In this document: piece by piece, positions 1-11,161 of the stretch
Position numbering within the stretch: the first letter of the stretch is position 1
Layout: every line of letters starts with the position of its first letter
DNA from: Escherichia coli
Lineage (GTDB): Bacteria; Pseudomonadota; Gammaproteobacteria; Enterobacterales; Enterobacteriaceae
Direction: 5' to 3' (one strand)
Length of the DNA: 64,000 nucleotides
Assembly (NCBI RefSeq): GCF_044647545.1
Contig: NZ_CP172818.1
Position numbers and translations under genes: made by a program
Notes under the pieces: generated by a model
The model's database searches: none
What the model was told of the DNA's origin: nothing
Seen by the model: only the letters and a program-made list of their open reading frames with translations

Positions 1-541
1 CTTGCGCATAATAAGCGCGTGATGCTTCGGTAAATTGCCCCAGACACAGTTCTTCAAAAATAATCTGATTAATTTTTGCCCGTTCATCCGCTTCAGGAAT
101 AAGACAGTTGATGGAAAATTGTTCCGTCAGCCGCCCGCGATAAAAATCCTGTTCCATGGTGTAACGTGTACCCAGCAGCGCCACACGAGTCATTCCTGCC
201 CCGGTAATTGCACGTCCAGTGGCATCCGCTATGTGTAAGAAAGGCAGAGAGCAACGAGACTCAATGGCATCCGCCACTTTGTGCATCGTATTGGTGCATA
301 ACACAATACCTTCTGCGCCCGCCCGCTGTAAGCCAAGCGCCGCCTCAGCCAGAATATCCCCGGTTTTGTCCCACTCACCGCGACGCTGGCACTCTTCTAT
401 TTCATGAAAATCGACGCTATGTAGCAGCACTTGCGCAGAGTGAAGCCCACCAAGCCGCTGTTTAATGCCTTCATTTATCAGACGATAGTAAGGAATAGTG
501 GATTCCCAGCTCATTCCTCCCAGCAAACCAATTGTTTTCAT
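1..541 (-). CDS. ygeA: Asp/Glu/hydantoin racemase family protein, 3' end lies beyond window start (partial)
   Basis: Reverse-strand translation from ATG at 541 gives [32 protein letters not shown]..., recognisable as the YgeA racemase family; no stop before window edge, so absent from the ORF track. Confidence 0.8.
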
Positions 542-626
542 TCCTCTCTCCTGATGTGTGTTACCGCAACAAGGCTGAATAAGGAACGAGACAAACGCCT
601 CAACGGCCAGGTGCCTAATCTCTATT

Positions 627-663
627 AACGAAAAAAGGGCCGGATGTACAGCACATCCGGCCC
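627..663 (-). terminator. Rho-independent terminator downstream of araE
   Basis: Inverted repeat gggccggatgt/acatccggccc (637-663) followed on the minus strand by a T-run (revcomp of aaaaaag at 631-636). Confidence 0.6.
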
Positions 664-669
664 GTGAAA

Positions 670-2088
670 TCAGACGCCGATATTTCTCAACTTTTCGCCT
701 GCCATCAGTTTGCGCTCGATATGTTCCAGCGTGACATTTTTGGTTTCCGGAATGAGCCAGAAAGTAATGCCCACAAACGCAATGTTCAACGCAGTGTAGA
801 GCCAGAACGTACCGGCAGCGCCAATGCTATCAAGCAGTGTCAGGAAGGTCGCGCCGATAATCATATTCGACACCCAGTTTGTCGTCGTCGAACAGGTGAT
901 GCCAAAATCGCGGCATTTCAGCGGCTGAATCTCAGAGCACAGGATCCACACCACTGGCGCGGCGCTCATCGCATAACCGGCAATACACATCATCGTCATG
1001 CCAACAGAGAGCCAGGACAAGCCACTGGAAGCCGTACCGTTATCAAACTGCATCAGGCAATAGCCCAGCACCAGAGTGCCTAACGCCATCACGCTGAAAC
1101 CAATTTTCAGAGCCGGCTTACGCCCTGCTTTATCTACCGTAAAGACCGCAATGAAGGTAGCGAACATAAAGGTCAGCCCCACGACCAGAGTCGCAATCAT
1201 CTGTTGTTCTGTGGTCGTAAAGCCCGCCATTTTGAAGATACGTGGCGCGTAGTACATGATGATGTTCATACCGGTAAACTGCTGCATCGCCTGCAACAAC
1301 ATACCGAGAAACACAGCACGACGGACGTTACGGTTGATCTTAAACAGTGCCCAACCGCCCTGTTTTAACTTCAGGCTTTCACGAATTTCGTTGAGTTCTT
1401 CTCGCGCTTTTTCCGACGTATCGCGCAGCATACGCAACACTTCTTCCGCCTCAATATGACGCCCCTTTTCCGCCAGCCAGCGCGGGCTATTTGGCAGGAA
1501 GACAACCAGAATAATCAGCAGGACTGCTGGTAAAGCAAGAACCCCCAACATTGCGCGCCAGTTACCGCTATAACTGAACGCTGTATCGGATAAAAACGCC
1601 AGCACGATGCCGAGTGTGACCATCAACTGGTACATACTGATCATCTTACCGCGAACGTTTTCACTTGCCATTTCAGAAAGATACAGAGGAGCGGTGTAAG
1701 ACGCGATCCCGACAGCAATGCCCAGCACCACACGAGCGGCGATTAACATCTCTACGCTGGTCGCAAAAGCGGACCCTATAGAACCGAGTACAAACAGGAT
1801 GGCCCCCGCCATCAGGCTGTATTTACGCCCCAGGCGGAACGACAGCCAACCATTAAACAGCGCACCAATTGCTGCGCCGAGCATCATGCTACTAACCACC
1901 CATTCCTGCAAACGGCTGGTCAGCACAAAGTGATCGGTAATGAACGGCAAGGCTCCGGCGATTACGCCGATATCAAGACCAAATAACAATCCTGCGACCG
2001 CAGCAGCTACCGAAACAAACATATTCATACGCCGCGTATCCCGCAAAGAACGTGGCGTTAAAGCAGATTCCGTATTGATAGTAACCAT
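670..2088 (-). CDS. araE: Arabinose:H+ symporter (MFS sugar porter), 472 aa
   Basis: ORF 670..2193; the recognised AraE N-terminus [30 protein letters not shown] begins at the internal ATG at 2088; upstream in-frame extension judged non-coding. Confidence 0.92.
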
Positions 2089-2402
2089 TTTTTCCTGCCA
2101 GCAGAGAGTAAGACATAGTGAAAAAATACGTGAACAATTCACACAGGTGTCAGGTCGGAAATAGCATAAATATGGATTAAATTGCTGCGACATGTCGTTA
2201 TGTGATGGATATTACAATTTTCAAATTAAGTTGAATAATTGAGATTATTATTAACCAACTAATTTTAAAGCAGATAAAATTCATAAAGTTCATTAATTGA
2301 TAATTGATATGGATTATTTCATAACCATGATATGGATTATGATGATCTACAGGTATAAAAAACCCTGCCATGCGGCAGGGTCATAAAAGTAAGAAGAATG
2401 GA

Positions 2403-3164
2403 TTAACGAGCCAGCCAACCGCCATCCACGGCAATGGTATAACCATTCACATAATCTGAAGCACTGGAGGCAAGAAACACTACCGGCCCCATCAGGTCAC
2501 TCGGCAGTCCCCAACGGCCAGCTGGAATGCGGTCGAGAATTTCCGCGCTACGTTGTTCATCTGCCCGTAGTTGTTGAGTATTGTTGGTTGCCATGTAACC
2601 CGGAGCTATCGCATTAACATTAATGTTGTGTTTAGCCCATTCATTCGCCATCAATCGTGTCACGCCCATCACGCCGCTTTTTGATGCGGTATAAGAAGGC
2701 ACACGGATCCCGCCCTGGAAGGAGAGCATTGACGCGATATTGATAATCTTGCCGCCATTGCCTTGCGCGATAAAGTGTTTCGCCGCTGCCTGAGACATGA
2801 AGAATACGCTCTTGATATTCAGGTTCATGACATCGTCCCAGTCTTTTTCGCTGAACTCGAGAGCATCTTCGCGCCGAATCAATCCGGCGTTATTCACCAG
2901 GATATCAATATGACCAAACTCAGCTACCGCGCGATCCAGCAGTGCTGGAATGCCATCAATCTTTCTCAGATCGGCGGTCAGGCTTAAAAAACGACGCCCC
3001 AGCGCCGTGACCTGCTTGATGGTTTCAGTCGGTTCAACGATGTTAATGCCAACAATGTCACAGCCCGCTTGCGCCAGCCCCAACGCCATCCCCTGGCCCA
3101 GTCCAGTATCACAACCAGTGACGACCGCAACTTTACCTTCGAGAGAAAATGCACTTAAAATCAT
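2403..3164 (-). CDS. kduD: 2-dehydro-3-deoxy-D-gluconate 5-dehydrogenase (SDR family)
   Basis: 253 aa ORF with N-terminal GxxxGxG Rossmann motif (VVTGCDTGLGQG) and the YxxxK SDR catalytic motif; matches KduD. Confidence 0.92.
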   Translation of the reverse strand: MILSAFSLEGKVAVVTGCDTGLGQGMALGLAQAGCDIVGINIVEPTETIKQVTALGRRFLSLTADLRKIDGIPALLDRAVAEFGHIDILVNNAGLIRREDALEFSEKDWDDVMNLNIKSVFFMSQAAAKHFIAQGNGGKIINIASMLSFQGGIRVPSYTASKSGVMGVTRLMANEWAKHNINVNAIAPGYMATNNTQQLRADEQRSAEILDRIPAGRWGLPSDLMGPVVFLASSASDYVNGYTIAVDGGWLAR

Positions 3165-3193
3165 AACAATACCTTATTCGTTTATGCCCACAA

Positions 3194-4030
3194 CTAGCGC
3201 AAATCTTTAACGGCCACATGGTCCATATCATCAAAGACCTGGTTTTCACCGACCATGCCCCAGATAAAGGTATAAGCTTTGGTTCCGACACCGGAATGGA
3301 TCGACCAGCTCGGGGAGATCACCGCCTGCTCGTTATGCATCACAATATGACGCGTTTCTTGCGGCTGCCCCATCATGTGGAAAACGCAGGCGTCATCATC
3401 CATATTGAAATAGAAATAAACTTCCATCCGGCGCTCGTGGGTGTGACACGGCATGGTGTTCCACAAGTTACCCGGAGCCAGCTCCGTCATCCCCATACTC
3501 AATTGGCAGGTTTCCAGTACATCCGGGACAAAATATTTGTTAATCGTGCGACGGTTACTGGTGAGGTTATCGCCTAACGTGACTGGAGATACTTCGTCCG
3601 GTGTGACTTTTTTGGTGGGATACGTCGTATGCGCAGGTGCGCAATTGTAATAAAACTTCGCCGGAGTAGCGGTATCAATACTGGCAAAGACAACTTCTTT
3701 TGCGCCTTTACCAACATACAGGGCTTCGCGGTGACCGATTTCATAGCATTGACCATCGACGGTAATCGTACCGGCACCGCCAATATTGATAACACCTAAC
3801 TCGCGACGTTCCAGGAAATAGCTTACGCCGAGTTGTTTACCAACTTCCCCGCCAACGGAAACCGTTTTAGTTACCGGCATAATGCCGCCAACAATAATAC
3901 GGTCAATGTGGCTGTAAACCATGGTGTACTCATCGGCGACAAATACCTTTTCAACTAAAAATTCATTGCGCAGCCCCTGGGTATCCAGCGTTTTTGCATG
4001 CGCACTGTGGATGCTCTGTCTTACGTCCAC
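3194..4030 (-). CDS. kduI: 5-dehydro-4-deoxy-D-glucuronate isomerase
   Basis: 278 aa ORF immediately upstream of kduD on the same strand; sequence recognised as KduI (cupin fold). Confidence 0.9.
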   Translation of the reverse strand: MDVRQSIHSAHAKTLDTQGLRNEFLVEKVFVADEYTMVYSHIDRIIVGGIMPVTKTVSVGGEVGKQLGVSYFLERRELGVINIGGAGTITVDGQCYEIGHREALYVGKGAKEVVFASIDTATPAKFYYNCAPAHTTYPTKKVTPDEVSPVTLGDNLTSNRRTINKYFVPDVLETCQLSMGMTELAPGNLWNTMPCHTHERRMEVYFYFNMDDDACVFHMMGQPQETRHIVMHNEQAVISPSWSIHSGVGTKAYTFIWGMVGENQVFDDMDHVAVKDLR

Positions 4031-4316
4031 ATCAACCTCCGATAATCAGTGAAGCGTGAAAATAGAAAACGATAGTGAAACACTGTTTCGTTTTCTCTAT
4101 AAGGGGATGATATGCCCACGGGATAGGGTTTTCAATTAAAAATAAAACAATGTTTCATTTTTAAGTTAAGGACTGAAAAAAGTGCAGTGTCGATCACGAA
4201 TATGTCATGAGAATGGAAAAATCAGGGAGCCCTGAAAATGTATGTCGACTCGCCAGCCACCATTATTCAACAGATTGATGACGGCTGATATTTATCGGTA
4301 AGGAGGAAATGCAGAG

Positions 4317-5501
4317 CTATTCGTCACGTTCAATGGTCAATGCCACGCCCTGGCCCCCGCCGATACAAAGCGTAGCCAGTCCTTTGCGGGCATTACGTTT
4401 CACCATTTCATGAACCAGAGAAACGAGGATTCGGCAACCGGAAGCGCCTATTGGGTGACCGAGTGCGATCGCGCCACCATTGACATTGACCCGACGCTCA
4501 TCCCATTCAAGCATCTTGCCAACCGAAAGCGCCTGTGCAGCAAACGCTTCATTAGCCTCGATAAGATCGACATCAGCCAACTGCCAGCCAACACGCTCCA
4601 GGCAACGGCGGGTCGCATACACCGGCGCAATTCCCATCAATGCCGGATCTACACCAACGCTGGCAAATGCGCGGATGCGGGCCAGCACGGGTAAATTCAA
4701 CGCTCGTGCTTTGGCTTCGCTCATCATCATTACTGCAGCTGCGCCATCGTTTATGGATGATGCATTACCCGCTGTCACAGAGCCGAGACTATCAAATGAA
4801 GGATTTAAACGGGCTAAGCCTTCTGCACTGGCGTCAGTGCGTGGCTGTTCATCGGTATCTACAACCAACGTCTGACCGTTACTTTGGGTCATTACCGGGA
4901 CGATCTCATCTTTAAATCGTCCGGCGTCAATCGCCGCTCGCGCTTTTTGTTGCGAGCTAAGTGCGTAAGCATCCTGCAACTGACGGCTGATGCCATATTC
5001 GCGAGCCAGATTTTCGGCGGTGACACCAATATGATAATCATTGAAGGCATCCCACAACCCATCATGCACAAGACTGTCAACCAACTGGCTATTGCCAAGC
5101 TGTGCACCGGTGCGGCTATCAGTCAGAACATGTGGTGCGCGGCTCATGTTTTCCTGGCCACCGGCGATGACAATATCAGCCTCGCCACACTGTATCGCCT
5201 GAGTAGCCAGATGCAGTGCTTTAAGCCCGGAACCGCAAACGTCATTAATCGTGATTGCAGAAACGCTATTAGGAAGACCACCTTTAATAGCCGATTGCCT
5301 TGCCGGATTCTGCCCTGCCCCTGCAGTCAACACCTGACCAAGAATTACTTCATCCACCGCATATGCAGGAACGCCGGTACGTTCTATTAACGCTTTCACG
5401 ACCAGACTACCAAGTTCCACAGCGGAATGACCCGCTAACGCACCACGAAAGCAGCCGATAGGTGTCCGTAACGCCCCGACAATCACAACGTCTTTCATCA
5501 C
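4317..5501 (-). CDS. yqeF: Acetyl-CoA C-acetyltransferase (thiolase II family)
   Basis: 394 aa ORF with thiolase signatures (N-terminal VVIVGALRTPIG, C-terminal GLATLCIGGGQGVA); true start may be the second Met. Confidence 0.9.
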   Translation of the reverse strand: MMKDVVIVGALRTPIGCFRGALAGHSAVELGSLVVKALIERTGVPAYAVDEVILGQVLTAGAGQNPARQSAIKGGLPNSVSAITINDVCGSGLKALHLATQAIQCGEADIVIAGGQENMSRAPHVLTDSRTGAQLGNSQLVDSLVHDGLWDAFNDYHIGVTAENLAREYGISRQLQDAYALSSQQKARAAIDAGRFKDEIVPVMTQSNGQTLVVDTDEQPRTDASAEGLARLNPSFDSLGSVTAGNASSINDGAAAVMMMSEAKARALNLPVLARIRAFASVGVDPALMGIAPVYATRRCLERVGWQLADVDLIEANEAFAAQALSVGKMLEWDERRVNVNGGAIALGHPIGASGCRILVSLVHEMVKRNARKGLATLCIGGGQGVALTIERDE

Positions 5502-5752
5502 AACCTCGCACCAATTAACAGTGCAATAGTAAATGATTGTTAATCACAGTTATCTTAATTGTTTAAAAAAAGTGATTTTTATCACAAAGGAAATACGCCT
5601 GACCAGCGGTCAGAGACATAACTGGCACGTAAGGTTTGCAACCACTAACCCACCAATAGAGAGGTAGAAAGGGCGTTAATCTCCCATACTTAACCTGGTT
5701 TATGGTAAATTGCCCTCCATTTTGTTTAATTTGTAGATGATACGTTCAGATA

Positions 5753-6982
5753 ATGTCTAATATTTGGTCAAAAGAAGAAACTCTGTGGAGTTTCGCGCTC
5801 TACGGCACAGCCGTTGGTGCAGGCACGCTCTTCCTTCCTATTCAGTTAGGTTCGGCAGGGGCTGTGGTCCTGTTTATTACTGCTCTGGTCGCCTGGCCTT
5901 TAACATATTGGCCACATAAAGCCTTATGCCAGTTCATCCTCTCATCAAAAACATCAGCAGGTGAAGGGATAACGGGCGCAGTAACACACTACTATGGCAA
6001 GAAGATTGGTAATCTGATTACCACGCTGTACTTCATCGCCTTTTTTGTCGTCGTGTTGATATATGCAGTGGCAATTACCAACTCACTTACAGAACAGCTG
6101 GCAAAGCATATGGTTATTGATCTTCGCATCCGTATGCTAGTGAGTCTGGGTGTTGTATTAATCCTGAATCTCATTTTTCTGATGGGACGCCATGCCACTA
6201 TTCGGGTAATGGGATTTTTGGTATTCCCATTGATTGCCTATTTCTTATTTCTTTCTATTTACCTGGTCGGTAGTTGGCAACCTGATCTATTAACAACCCA
6301 GGTAGAGTTCAATCAGAATACCCTTCACCAGATATGGATATCGATTCCCGTGATGGTTTTCGCCTTTAGCCATACGCCCATTATTTCTACGTTTGCCATA
6401 GACAGACGTGAAAAATATGGCGAACATGCTATGGATAAATGCAAAAAAATTATGAAAGTCGCTTATCTCATCATCTGCATAAGTGTACTGTTCTTTGTCT
6501 TTAGCTGCCTGCTTTCTATTCCACCTTCGTATATTGAAGCGGCTAAAGAAGAAGGGGTTACCATTTTATCGGCGCTTTCTATGCTGCCGAACGCCCCAGC
6601 ATGGTTGTCAATTTCCGGGATTATTGTCGCAGTAGTTGCGATGTCGAAATCATTCCTGGGTACGTACTTTGGCGTTATTGAAGGTGCCACGGAGGTCGTC
6701 AAAACAACACTACAGCAGGTTGGTGTAAAGAAAAGTCGTGCATTTAACCGCGCACTATCAATTATGTTGGTATCGCTCATTACCTTCATTGTTTGTTGCA
6801 TTAACCCGAACGCGATTTCGATGATTTACGCGATCAGCGGCCCGCTCATTGCCATGATACTTTTCATCATGCCTACGCTGTCAACATATCTCATCCCGGC
6901 GCTTAAACCCTGGCGTTCCATCGGAAATCTGATTACGCTGATCGTGGGTATCCTGTGCGTATCGGTAATGTTCTTTAGCTAA
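5753..6982 (+). CDS. yqeG: Putative hydroxy/aromatic amino acid permease (HAAAP family, SdaC/TdcC-like)
   Basis: 409 aa highly hydrophobic multi-TM ORF; matches YqeG. Confidence 0.88.
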   Translation: MSNIWSKEETLWSFALYGTAVGAGTLFLPIQLGSAGAVVLFITALVAWPLTYWPHKALCQFILSSKTSAGEGITGAVTHYYGKKIGNLITTLYFIAFFVVVLIYAVAITNSLTEQLAKHMVIDLRIRMLVSLGVVLILNLIFLMGRHATIRVMGFLVFPLIAYFLFLSIYLVGSWQPDLLTTQVEFNQNTLHQIWISIPVMVFAFSHTPIISTFAIDRREKYGEHAMDKCKKIMKVAYLIICISVLFFVFSCLLSIPPSYIEAAKEEGVTILSALSMLPNAPAWLSISGIIVAVVAMSKSFLGTYFGVIEGATEVVKTTLQQVGVKKSRAFNRALSIMLVSLITFIVCCINPNAISMIYAISGPLIAMILFIMPTLSTYLIPALKPWRSIGNLITLIVGILCVSVMFFS

Positions 6983-6992
6983 TATCCGTTGT

Positions 6993-7036
6993 GAATGGTT
7001 CAAAATTGCAAAAATTTTGAACCATTCCAGTTTTCA
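6993..7036 (+). terminator. Rho-independent terminator after yqeG
   Basis: Near-perfect inverted repeat gaatggttcaaaatt / aattttgaaccattc separated by gcaaa, followed by cagttttcat T-run. Confidence 0.7.
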
Positions 7037-7441
7037 TAATGTTCATTTGTTATTATTCCGCTCTATCACTTCTCTCGTCATATCCTAGTATTATCAGTTA
7101 GTTAAACAAACAAAGAGATCTGAACATCTTAAATAAGACTATTTAAGATGCATAACTTAGATTCGCAAGATATCTTCTGGTCATTCAAAAACAATTTGCG
7201 ATATAGATATTCTTATACCATGAGATAGTTATCTGGACCGCTCTCAACCATGCAAGATTAAATCAGTGAAACATAATCATATTTGATAACGAGAAATGCA
7301 TTTTTAAATGCCTTACTCAGAATTATAGCAAATACAGATTAATCGCAATTTTTCCCGGCAAAATTACAAAATCATGGTGTATTGACATCATCAATAACCA
7401 ATGAAATTATGCAATTATATACGGATAGGGAGGTTCTTAAC

Positions 7442-8074
7442 ATGGGGCTTTGTAGTCGTTATAAAAGTCTTACATGCAATAGTTGCTCAATGCATTGCCA
7501 AATAATGCCAGAAGAGTCACCGCGTTTGCAGTATTGCGCAAACTCGTGTTTTTGTATGTGGCCCGAAGAAAGTTCATATTTTAATCGTGGTGTGGTGGAA
7601 GGTATCTTAACAAAAAACCACAATGCGAGATTAAGCGGATATATTTTTGTCGATTTTTCAGTAAGCTTTTTACGTCTATTCCTTGAAAAAGACTGGATTG
7701 ACTATCTTGCAAGTACTGACATGGGGATTGTTTTAGTCAGCGACCGAAATATGCAATCGTTAGCTAACTACTGGCGAAAACACAACTCTGCAATATCTGC
7801 TGTCATATATAATGATGATGGTCTTGATGTTGCCAATGAAAAGATCAGACAACTATTTATTGGTCGTTATTTATCATTTACCAGAGGGAACACATTAACT
7901 CAGATGGAATTCACCATAATGGGATATATGGTTTCTGGTTATAATCCATATCAGATTGCTGAAGTTCTGGATATGGATATCCGTAGCATCTACGCGTACA
8001 AGCAACGAATCGAAAAGAGAATGGGTGGTAAAATCAACGAGTTATTTATTCGTTCACATTCGGTCCAACATTGA
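7442..8074 (+). CDS. yqeH: LuxR-family HTH transcriptional regulator (ETT2 island)
   Basis: ORF 7382..8074 begins with TTG; the better start is ATG at 7442, preceded by a GGGAGG Shine-Dalgarno. C-terminal LuxR-type HTH (TQMEFTIMGYMVSGYNPYQIAEVLDMDIRSIYAYKQRIEKRMG). AT-rich codon usage. Confidence 0.8.
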   Translation: MGLCSRYKSLTCNSCSMHCQIMPEESPRLQYCANSCFCMWPEESSYFNRGVVEGILTKNHNARLSGYIFVDFSVSFLRLFLEKDWIDYLASTDMGIVLVSDRNMQSLANYWRKHNSAISAVIYNDDGLDVANEKIRQLFIGRYLSFTRGNTLTQMEFTIMGYMVSGYNPYQIAEVLDMDIRSIYAYKQRIEKRMGGKINELFIRSHSVQH

Positions 8075-8407
8075 TACTCAACAATCTGCCAGAATCATAC
8101 TCTGCTTATACGGGCATCTATTGAAATGCCCGTATTTTACAAATAAGCAGTAACCCCAAGAGTAAATAACATGGTATTTAAAACCATCATACGAAAAATT
8201 CAGAAGCATTACGAAATATGAATTTACAAACAATAGTGGCATAAATGTTAATCATGTTAATTTACGTAAAGTTTTACGTTGCGACATTAAAGCGTCATTT
8301 CAATCATTATGATAAATATAAAATTAATATATATTTATGTCGTAAATACCAATATACTTAGCAAACTATGTGATTTCCATTTCGATTGATTTAGTGTCTA
8401 TTGACGT

Positions 8408-9217
8408 ATGTACTGGATTATTAACGATAATATCGAGTTCTGGCCTGAGCACCGAAAATTAATATCGGTACATAACGCCGATCTTAACGTCGTTCTGACA
8501 ACGCCAGCCAGTCGTTGTTTATCACTTCTACTTGAAGCTTTTCCTGATGTGGTTGCACAACAAGATTTTTTCACCAGAGTCTGGGAAGAAGAAGGTATGC
8601 GTGTGCCAACTAACACGTTATATCAGAACATATCCATTATCAGACGCGGATTTCGCGCTGTTGGTGATACCACCCACTCGCTTATTGCAACCGTGCCGAG
8701 AAGAGGATTCAAGATTCATAATGACATTAACATACAAAATCATGCAATAAACTCTTCAACAGACGCACATACACACAATGCCCCACCTGCCGTAAAAGGT
8801 AATGCGGGGTACAAAGAGAGCATTGGTGGCGCAAACAATTTCAATAACAAAATCCTCAAACATATAAAAAGTTATCTAATTATGTTGAGCATATTTGCTA
8901 TAGGCGTATATTCTGCACATTGGCTATGGAATAATAATCAACCGAAGCCATTCTTCAAGGATTACAAGACTGTTGCGGAAATTAATGGCTGCCATTTTAA
9001 TGTGACAGAAGATACAATTGATGGGTTGAAAGAGTTCGATAAATATAAGACACGGATACTGGATTCGGGGATTAACTGTAAAAAATATCCGTGGTTATAC
9101 TTCCCTCTTGCAAAATCCTCACCAGGGATGATTGTTATGGCATGCAATAAAAACTATAACCAACATGAAGTGGCAGGCTGTTTAACCCTGTCTTACCGTG
9201 AGGCTAATCGTGATTGA
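8408..9217 (+). CDS. yqeI: ToxR/MarT-like membrane-anchored winged-helix (OmpR/PhoB-type) transcriptional regulator
   Basis: 269 aa ORF; N-terminal region resembles a trans_reg_C DNA-binding domain (YQNISIIRRGF...IATVPRRGFKI), followed by one predicted TM helix (IMLSIFAIGVYSAHWLW) and a C-terminal domain. Confidence 0.8.
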   Translation: MYWIINDNIEFWPEHRKLISVHNADLNVVLTTPASRCLSLLLEAFPDVVAQQDFFTRVWEEEGMRVPTNTLYQNISIIRRGFRAVGDTTHSLIATVPRRGFKIHNDINIQNHAINSSTDAHTHNAPPAVKGNAGYKESIGGANNFNNKILKHIKSYLIMLSIFAIGVYSAHWLWNNNQPKPFFKDYKTVAEINGCHFNVTEDTIDGLKEFDKYKTRILDSGINCKKYPWLYFPLAKSSPGMIVMACNKNYNQHEVAGCLTLSYREANRD

Positions 9218-9632
9218 TTATAAAAAAAACTTATTATTTATTTTAGTTTTTATCAGTGGGTTTATTCTCTTCATTGTTTACTCTTATACTGCAGAAAAAA
9301 TGATATATAATGAAACATGCACTGCAAATTGGGTAATTTTTAATGACAAGGGGCGAGCAAATCTTACCATCGACTTTATGTATAACCAAAAAAATAAAAC
9401 AGGAACTGTTGCGTTGAGCGGAACCTGGCAACAAGGTAACAGAGAAAGTAAGTCAATACGGCGAAATATTGAATACACATGGATTGAAAACTATGACACA
9501 GCCCATTTAACATCAAAGAAAGTTAATAAATTTGAGATCATGGATCAAGTCGATGATGATAGACTTGCAGAACTTATTCCTGATTTTTATGTCTTTCCAG
9601 AAAAAAGTGTAAGCTATAATATACTAAAGTAA
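9198..9632 (+). CDS. yqeJ: Small membrane-anchored protein overlapping the 3' end of yqeI (possible ToxS/FidL-like partner)
   Basis: 144 aa ORF from GTG at 9198, overlapping yqeI by 20 nt; N-terminal TM helix (LLFILVFISGFILFIVYSY). Start codon uncertain (alternative ATG downstream). Confidence 0.6.
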   Translation: MRLIVIDYKKNLLFILVFISGFILFIVYSYTAEKMIYNETCTANWVIFNDKGRANLTIDFMYNQKNKTGTVALSGTWQQGNRESKSIRRNIEYTWIENYDTAHLTSKKVNKFEIMDQVDDDRLAELIPDFYVFPEKSVSYNILK

Positions 9633-9840
9633 GGTAAGCATGCTTTTATTTTGAGTATTGGTAACAGAGCAATAATGCATTGTACAAGGTAAACTTAAAT
9701 AGATAACAAAAAGATGGAACCTCGCTAATCATAAAACAATAAAATTAAATATGCTTGTAGTATATGCCAGTATAAAGCATCAAAGTTTTGATCAACATCT
9801 TTCATTTTAGATATCACCTTGCAATGTAAAATATCATGTA

Positions 9841-10266
9841 TCAACAACATCTGGTGCAAATCCATGAGTCGAACTCAACATTCATCTTAGCTCTATTATT
9901 ATTCCTTCGTACAGTCGATGTAAACAATACAGAAAGAGGATTATTAAGAACCAGTTTACTTAGAGAATCAATAGAGGAAAGGACTAACGTTTCTTTAAAA
10001 GAATTGATTTCATCATCTGTTAAACTAAACTCATCATTGACAGATCGTGAGATATAACTGTTTTTAACTTTACTCTTTACGTTGACTTTACTGACAGAAT
10101 TAACATTCACATATCTTGAATTTAGTACCCATGATGTTGTTTGCGTGAGAACCTTCTCAGCATTAAGGAATTTTTTTAACGGAATCCTTGGTTTCTTTTT
10201 CGAGTCCGAATTTACAATATCATGCATATAGACCATTTCATGAATCTGCGAAAACTCAATGTCCAT
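9841..10266 (-). CDS. yqeK: ETT2 island protein of unknown function
   Basis: ORF 9841..10278 begins with GTG; ATG at 10266 (MDIEFSQ...) with a GAGGT SD gives 141 aa; very AT-rich, Asn/Ser/Lys-rich. Confidence 0.65.
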   Translation of the reverse strand: MDIEFSQIHEMVYMHDIVNSDSKKKPRIPLKKFLNAEKVLTQTTSWVLNSRYVNVNSVSKVNVKSKVKNSYISRSVNDEFSLTDDEINSFKETLVLSSIDSLSKLVLNNPLSVLFTSTVRRNNNRAKMNVEFDSWICTRCC

Positions 10267-10513
10267 TATATACCTCACATTTTTACCGTGACTCGATGTT
10301 ACTGTTCAATAATCACCTTCCATCAATACTAAATTTAATACCCCTAATGTGCCGATAACAAATATAGTCATTCTACGTAACGTCTCCATAAGGTGATAAC
10401 CTTGATCAAATGAATTTCGAAAATAATAAAGGAAATCTTTTAGATTTTTCACAAATAAAGTTATTTATTTACCAATATCATTTCGATTCACACTATTATC
10501 TTTTTTTAAAAAT

Positions 10514-10601
10514 AAAAAAAAAAATAATTATTAAATAAAAAAAAAAAAATAATAAAAAAAAAAAAAAAAAAAAGAAATTTTAAAAAAAAAAAAAAAAAAA
10601 A
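10514..10601. repeat. Cluster of long poly(A) homopolymer tracts (about 12, 13, 20 and 20 nt)
   Basis: Directly read: A-runs at about 10514-10525, 10537-10549, 10554-10573 and 10582-10601 in the yqeK-ygeF intergenic region. Confidence 0.95.
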
Positions 10602-10669
10602 GGTGATATTTGACATTATCAGAAGCTGCGAATTCGGATTTTGCTCTAATCAAATGAGAGAAATGTAAA

Positions 10670-11161
10670 ATGAAGCCACGAAATATTAATAATAGCCTAC
10701 CACTGCAACCATTAGTTCCTGATCAGGAGAACAAAAATAAGAAAAATGAAGAGAAATACGTGAATCCAGTTAAAATTACGATGAGGTCTGGTTTAAATTA
10801 TATTGAACAAGAATCTCTTGAAGGAAAATATCTAACACATGATTTGTCAATAAAGATAGCGGATATTTCTGAAGAAATAATTCAGCAAGCAATATTATCG
10901 GCTATGAGCATATATAAATTTCCGATAACAGATGATTTAATGAGTATGGCTACAAATGAACTCATAAAACTGGCCAAAATAGAGAATAATTTAGACCTGA
11001 ATAAATTCTCTACTATATGTACCGACGTTCTATCCCCCCTCGTCACCAGACATAATAAAGAAAAAAAACCAGACGACTTACTACCCTTCGCAAAAATCCC
11101 TTTTTTAATTTTCATCGAAAAAATGGAAATTGATAATATGAATCCAGGCCATGCACATTAA
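10670..11161 (+). CDS. ygeF: ETT2 island protein of unknown function
   Basis: 163 aa ORF starting just downstream of the poly(A) cluster; AT-rich; corresponds by position to ygeF. Confidence 0.6.
   Translation: MKPRNINNSLPLQPLVPDQENKNKKNEEKYVNPVKITMRSGLNYIEQESLEGKYLTHDLSIKIADISEEIIQQAILSAMSIYKFPITDDLMSMATNELIKLAKIENNLDLNKFSTICTDVLSPLVTRHNKEKKPDDLLPFAKIPFLIFIEKMEIDNMNPGHAH

Noticed and set aside
670-2193. 507-aa version of the araE ORF with a 35-residue N-terminal extension
   Set aside because: The extension ([20 protein letters not shown]...) lacks AraE homology; the recognised N-terminus starts at the internal ATG at 2088.
4884-5390. Antisense 168-aa ORF inside yqeF (similar antisense/overlapping ORFs occur inside ygfK 38332..39057, lysS 53791..54744, prfB 55234..56238, recJ 57066..57500 and xdhA)
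   Set aside because: Fully nested in opposite or alternative frames of well-supported genes, with low-complexity Arg/Ser/Ala-rich translations typical of open non-coding frames in GC-rich coding DNA.
7382-7441. Upstream TTG start for yqeH
   Set aside because: TTG start without a ribosome-binding site; the downstream ATG at 7442 has a strong GGGAGG Shine-Dalgarno.
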